Shown here one piece after another: positions 44,884-48,624 of a DNA stretch of 48,624 nt. Position 1 is the first letter of the stretch; each line of letters begins with the position of its first letter. Origin of the DNA: a virus (Duplodnaviria; Caudoviricetes). Location: positions 1 through 48,624 of the IMG/VR virus record IMGVR_UViG_3300017766_003321; one strand, written 5' to 3'. Made by a program: the position numbers and the translations under genes. Below the pieces are notes generated by a model. The model was not told the DNA's origin, did not search any database, and saw nothing but the letters and a program-made list of their open reading frames with translations.

Positions 44884-46415
44884 GGTTTCTTCTCCAGTGC
44901 CGCTCGCGCAGCGGTTGACGGGTCGATGCCCTGATTGATGACTTGAAGCGCCCAGTGGTGCGCATGCGGCAAAGAGGGCAGCACCTGCGCCAGGTCGTTG
45001 ACCACGATGTAGGCGAACATCGTCGCCTTCTGCCGGGCCAACTCGATGCCCTCGCGCTCTTTGGTGTGCTCAACGCGGTTTTGCACCCGGGCGTAGGTCG
45101 CCGTGAGCCAAGCCTCAAGCCCCGGATCGTTGGATTCATCTTCGGGGTCCGGCGGCTCCTGGTTCGTACCGCTCTTGCCGTCGCCGGCCTTGGCGGCGTA
45201 GGCCGCGCCCACGTCCTCCAGAGGGACGTTGGCGCCCTGCACCACGCGAATGTCGCCGTCGGGGCCGATCGTGTTCTCGCCCAGCTTGCGAAGCACATCG
45301 TTGCCCGAGAACACGCCGATGTTGCGCAGCGCGGCGTAGGCCTCGGTGCGACTCTTGTAGTCGCCCTGCTCGGCCCAGTCGAGGTCAACCTCAAAGAACT
45401 TGGAGGGGCCGCGCACGGAAATCATCTTGTAGCCGAGCTCTTGCTCGATCTCGACCTTCCAGGGGCGCAGCGTGTCGCGGGAGAACTCCAAACCCTGGTG
45501 CTCGATGTTGTTGTTGGTCGAGCGGGTCAGGTGCGCGATCTTGTGCGGTGGCACGTGGAAGAAACGGCAGATGTCCTCAATCGTGAGGTTTTTGAGCTCT
45601 GCCGTGGCCGCCTGTTCGTTGTTGGCACCAAACGTTTTGATGTCCCACTCGCCGGTAAACAGGCCGGTGGTGTAAGCGTTGCGAGGGCCGTTGTGCTTTT
45701 TGCCCAAGCTCTCTTTGGCGCGCGTGTAATTCGCGTCGTCCATGTTGCCGCCCTTGTAGACGAACACGGTGCCGAGTTGAGCGTTGTTGTTGAAATAGGC
45801 CTCGGTGTAGGAGTCCAGCGCGAGGGCGGTGGCCACGGTGCGGATGGCTCGCGAGATCGTGTTGTCGCCGGCAAAGCCGACCAAGCTGGCGCCGCGAATG
45901 ACCAGCATGTCGGCCGGGTCCATGTCGACCCAGCCGCCGCTGTATTCCTGCGTGACTTTGTAGTAGAGGCGACCGGTGTTGAGATCTCGGCGAGGCTCGA
46001 CGCGGCTGCTTTGAATAGGCCACAGAGCCACAGGGCGGCCCGCCATGTCACGCTCGATCTCGGCGTAGCCGTTGCCCCAGCCCACGGCGTTGAGCAGCAT
46101 TGCGCGCTTGCCTGACTGGGCCGTCATCTCGTCGTTGAAACGGTCGTTGATGACGGACTGCAGGCGATCGCGGGGTAGCGCTTCCTTCTTGTCCTCACCA
46201 CGCACCCCGCCGTAGATGTTCCAGTCGCTGGAGGACAGCGCGCCAGCGATCACGTCCATGCAAGCCCAGATGGCGGCAACCTGCGTTGCGGTCTCAGGAT
46301 TGACGGCCAATCCGCCCGGGCCACGCATCGTGACCGGTTGCCCAAAACGCTGGGCCTCGGGGTCTGCGCGCTTGATGCGCAGCGCCGCCATGATTCGGTT
46401 GAGTGTTAGAGCCAT
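44880..46415 (-). CDS. HK97-family portal protein
   Basis: WAC...IA, GNGYAEI.R, ICRFF.VPPHKI, NNIEHQ, L.PW...IEQE. Confidence 0.95.
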   Translation of the reverse strand: MALTLNRIMAALRIKRADPEAQRFGQPVTMRGPGGLAVNPETATQVAAIWACMDVIAGALSSSDWNIYGGVRGEDKKEALPRDRLQSVINDRFNDEMTAQSGKRAMLLNAVGWGNGYAEIERDMAGRPVALWPIQSSRVEPRRDLNTGRLYYKVTQEYSGGWVDMDPADMLVIRGASLVGFAGDNTISRAIRTVATALALDSYTEAYFNNNAQLGTVFVYKGGNMDDANYTRAKESLGKKHNGPRNAYTTGLFTGEWDIKTFGANNEQAATAELKNLTIEDICRFFHVPPHKIAHLTRSTNNNIEHQGLEFSRDTLRPWKVEIEQELGYKMISVRGPSKFFEVDLDWAEQGDYKSRTEAYAALRNIGVFSGNDVLRKLGENTIGPDGDIRVVQGANVPLEDVGAAYAAKAGDGKSGTNQEPPDPEDESNDPGLEAWLTATYARVQNRVEHTKEREGIELARQKATMFAYIVVNDLAQVLPSLPHAHHWALQVINQGIDPSTAARAALEKKP

Positions 46416-48157
46416 TCCATCCCCGGCGCGGTTGTAAGTTGATCGGCCCGGTCGACAGTTCCGACAGCCATGGTGGCTGCCACGATGCCGTCGATGCGGC
46501 CCGTCGCTTTGGACTTGTCGAGCTTGCGGTTTCCTGCGGGGTCGGTCACAACCACGGCGTTCGCCGCGTTCGCGTTGAAACATGGGTTGTTGGGATGCCG
46601 CATTTTCTTCTCCACAAGGGCGGTCTCGAACGAATCCCACGCCGGCCCCATGCTGACGAAGCCCTGACCGTGCGGTTCAAGCGGCCATTCTACGCCTTGC
46701 CGCGCGCAGGCCGCCACCAGCACGTCGATACGGTGGCGGTCAAACGGTGCCTTGTCCAGGGTGATGTTGTATTCGGCAAGCAGCTTCTCAACGTAGTTCA
46801 CTACAAAGTCCTTGTCGATCGCCGCGCCAGGCGTGGTTTGCACGAACCCCTTTTTGACCCACACATCGTAGGGTACGCCGTCCTTTCGGGAGCGCTTGGC
46901 CAACTCGTCGCCGGGGATGAACAGAATCGGCCAGAGCCAGTGCACCCCGTCGATTTTCACGTCGAGCACCGCGGCGGTCAAGTCGGTGGTCGCGGAGAGG
47001 TCCAGGCCGAGCGTGCCGCTGAGCCCCCGGAACTTCTCGAGCCCGTACTCGGCTTTTGCTTCCATCCACTTCTCGTAGCTGATTGCGGGGTTGTAGGCCT
47101 CCACCCACTCGCAGAAGTTGAGCCGGCGCACCGTGCTCTCTTTGCTGGGCATACCCTTGGCGGCGTTCACCTCGTCGCGCAGGTACTGCGGGTCGATGAT
47201 TGGCCCGAGCAGGGGGTTTGCCTTGATCCAGCACGACTCGTCCACCAGCGGGTCGTCGCCCTCGTCCATGGCGCAGATATAGGCGAACAGCGTGTCGTCG
47301 TCGGCGATGCGATCGCACACCTGGATGCCCTTCTCGCGATACTCCCAGCACACACTCTTGCGGTCGGTGCCGCTGTTGGTGATGGCCACGATCAGCGGTT
47401 GCCGGCGCCACTTCCGGCCGGCAGACATCATGTTGATGACGTTGGCCGTCTTGTGCTCGTGGAGCTCGTCGATGAGGCCCATGTGTGGCCGCGGCCCCGA
47501 CTGGCCGTCGTCGGCGCTAATCGGCCGAAAAAAGCTGTTGCTGCGGTCATCAAACAGGTTCCACACCTTGTCGTCTTTGCCCGACTTCTTGATGCGGCGG
47601 TCGAGTGCTGGCGACTGGTTGACCATGGCCACGGCGTCGCGGAACAGGATCATCGCCTGGTCCTTTTTCGTGGCCGCCGCGTAGATCTCCGCACGCGGCT
47701 CGTTGTCCGCAACCATGCCGTACAGGCCGATGCCCCCCACCAGCGGCGACTTGCCGTTGCCTTTGCCCATCTCGATGTAGGCCACGCGGAAGCGGCGCGT
47801 GCCGTCCATGCGAATCCACCCGAAGAGCGAGCCCACGATGAACTCTTGCGCCGGCTGCAGCGTGAAGGGGATGCCCTCAAACTGGCCACCGTTCAAACGC
47901 AGCACGGTTGGGAAAAAGCCCAGCGCGTGATTCATGCGCCCGAGGTTGAACTCCAAGCCGCGCAGGTGGCCCACGAGCAAGTCATCCAGGTGCCGGCGGC
48001 ACGCGGCGCGCACGTGCGGACCCGCCACGATCTCCCCGTCGGCTACCTTGCGTGCGTAGCGGGTGACGGGATCGAGATCAGTGGAGGCCGTAGGCGGCGA
48101 GGGGGTCTGTGCCTTTGGGGGCTTCTGGCGCGATGGGGGCTTTTCCGCGACTAGCAT
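46406..48157 (-). CDS. terL: Terminase large subunit
   Basis: RRFR.AYIE.GKGNGKS, DELHEH, ITNSG, GLDLS...DLTA, RIDG.VA. Confidence 0.96.
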   Translation of the reverse strand: MLVAEKPPSRQKPPKAQTPSPPTASTDLDPVTRYARKVADGEIVAGPHVRAACRRHLDDLLVGHLRGLEFNLGRMNHALGFFPTVLRLNGGQFEGIPFTLQPAQEFIVGSLFGWIRMDGTRRFRVAYIEMGKGNGKSPLVGGIGLYGMVADNEPRAEIYAAATKKDQAMILFRDAVAMVNQSPALDRRIKKSGKDDKVWNLFDDRSNSFFRPISADDGQSGPRPHMGLIDELHEHKTANVINMMSAGRKWRRQPLIVAITNSGTDRKSVCWEYREKGIQVCDRIADDDTLFAYICAMDEGDDPLVDESCWIKANPLLGPIIDPQYLRDEVNAAKGMPSKESTVRRLNFCEWVEAYNPAISYEKWMEAKAEYGLEKFRGLSGTLGLDLSATTDLTAAVLDVKIDGVHWLWPILFIPGDELAKRSRKDGVPYDVWVKKGFVQTTPGAAIDKDFVVNYVEKLLAEYNITLDKAPFDRHRIDVLVAACARQGVEWPLEPHGQGFVSMGPAWDSFETALVEKKMRHPNNPCFNANAANAVVVTDPAGNRKLDKSKATGRIDGIVAATMAVGTVDRADQLTTAPGMEWL

Positions 48158-48551
48158 CGGTCAGTCCAAACTCAGTGAGCCACGCCCTCAAACGGCGATC
48201 GGCGTCCGCCAACATGCCGACCTGGGGTCGGGCTTTTTCAACGTGTTCGCCCGTCGTCGTGGTCGCCCAGTACGAGCGGCCATCGTCTCGAATGTCACGG
48301 GCCAGGGCCACCCACTCACCGTAGCATTGACACAGCGCCACGAGGGATGGGCCGCTGTCTTGCGACAGTTGGCCGCGTGCTTGAAGCAGCATGCCGACAT
48401 CAATCCAACAGGTCATTTCATCGGCGCCAAACCATTCGGGAGGTGATGGCAAGCCCGCCACGCGTGGCGGCGCCGTCGCAGCGCGTTCGGCAGCACCTTC
48501 GGTGCCCCGAGCGATCGCTTTTTCCAGTGGGTTTGCAGGGCGGCCTCTCAT
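48078..48551 (-). CDS. terS: Terminase small subunit (P27 family)
   Basis: MRGRP, PP.W, C..Y, P.V, EFGLT.ASR. Confidence 0.92.
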   Translation of the reverse strand: MRGRPANPLEKAIARGTEGAAERAATAPPRVAGLPSPPEWFGADEMTCWIDVGMLLQARGQLSQDSGPSLVALCQCYGEWVALARDIRDDGRSYWATTTTGEHVEKARPQVGMLADADRRLRAWLTEFGLTDASRGKAPIAPEAPKGTDPLAAYGLH

Positions 48552-48624
48552 AGGTCAAATGTTATCAGTATTTCCCGGATTTTGCGCAAAGAGGAGAACA
48601 GTCGTCCTCTCTTTCCCAGATCGG

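Noticed and set aside
42801-48154. Long plus-strand ORFs (482, 390 and 583 aa), and similar antisense ORFs elsewhere
   Set aside because: They are antisense shadows of GC-rich real genes with no recognisable motifs
1-48624. Integrase, CI/Cro switch, tRNAs, reverse transcriptase/DGR
   Set aside because: None was recognised by eye; a tRNAscan/HMM search would be needed to exclude them fully

Overview
This window looks like a complete or near-complete, GC-rich, 48.6 kb cos-type siphophage genome. The host is probably a proteobacterium (inferred from spanins, sigma70 promoters and an Aca4-like gene). No integrase or CI-type repressor was recognised. The minus strand (48551 to 24315) carries an HK97-type head, a lambda-like tape measure, an RcGTA-like tail tip (DUF2460/DUF2163/NlpC/tip protein), LamG receptor-binding proteins and a lysis cassette. 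The middle holds a replication module: family A DNA polymerase, SSB, DUF2800 nuclease, intein-containing SF2 helicase, VRR-NUC and an NrS-1-like primase-helicase. A likely origin lies at about 3630-3905. Most notable: (1) two CMP-sugar-type glycosyltransferase-like genes and a SAM methyltransferase inside the virion operon, a candidate virion glycosylation system; (2) an operon of seven unknown small genes ending in an Aca4-like HTH, with an inverted repeat over its promoter, a candidate anti-CRISPR/anti-defence operon; (3) a frameshift inside the helicase intein, which may be a nascent split intein or an assembly error; (4) a rearranged overlapping-frame C5 methylase; (5) a four-site palindromic operator regulon tied to a TetR-like gene; (6) a G-quadruplex-type 9-bp tandem array near the genome end. 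All family assignments come from motif recognition by eye, not database searches.
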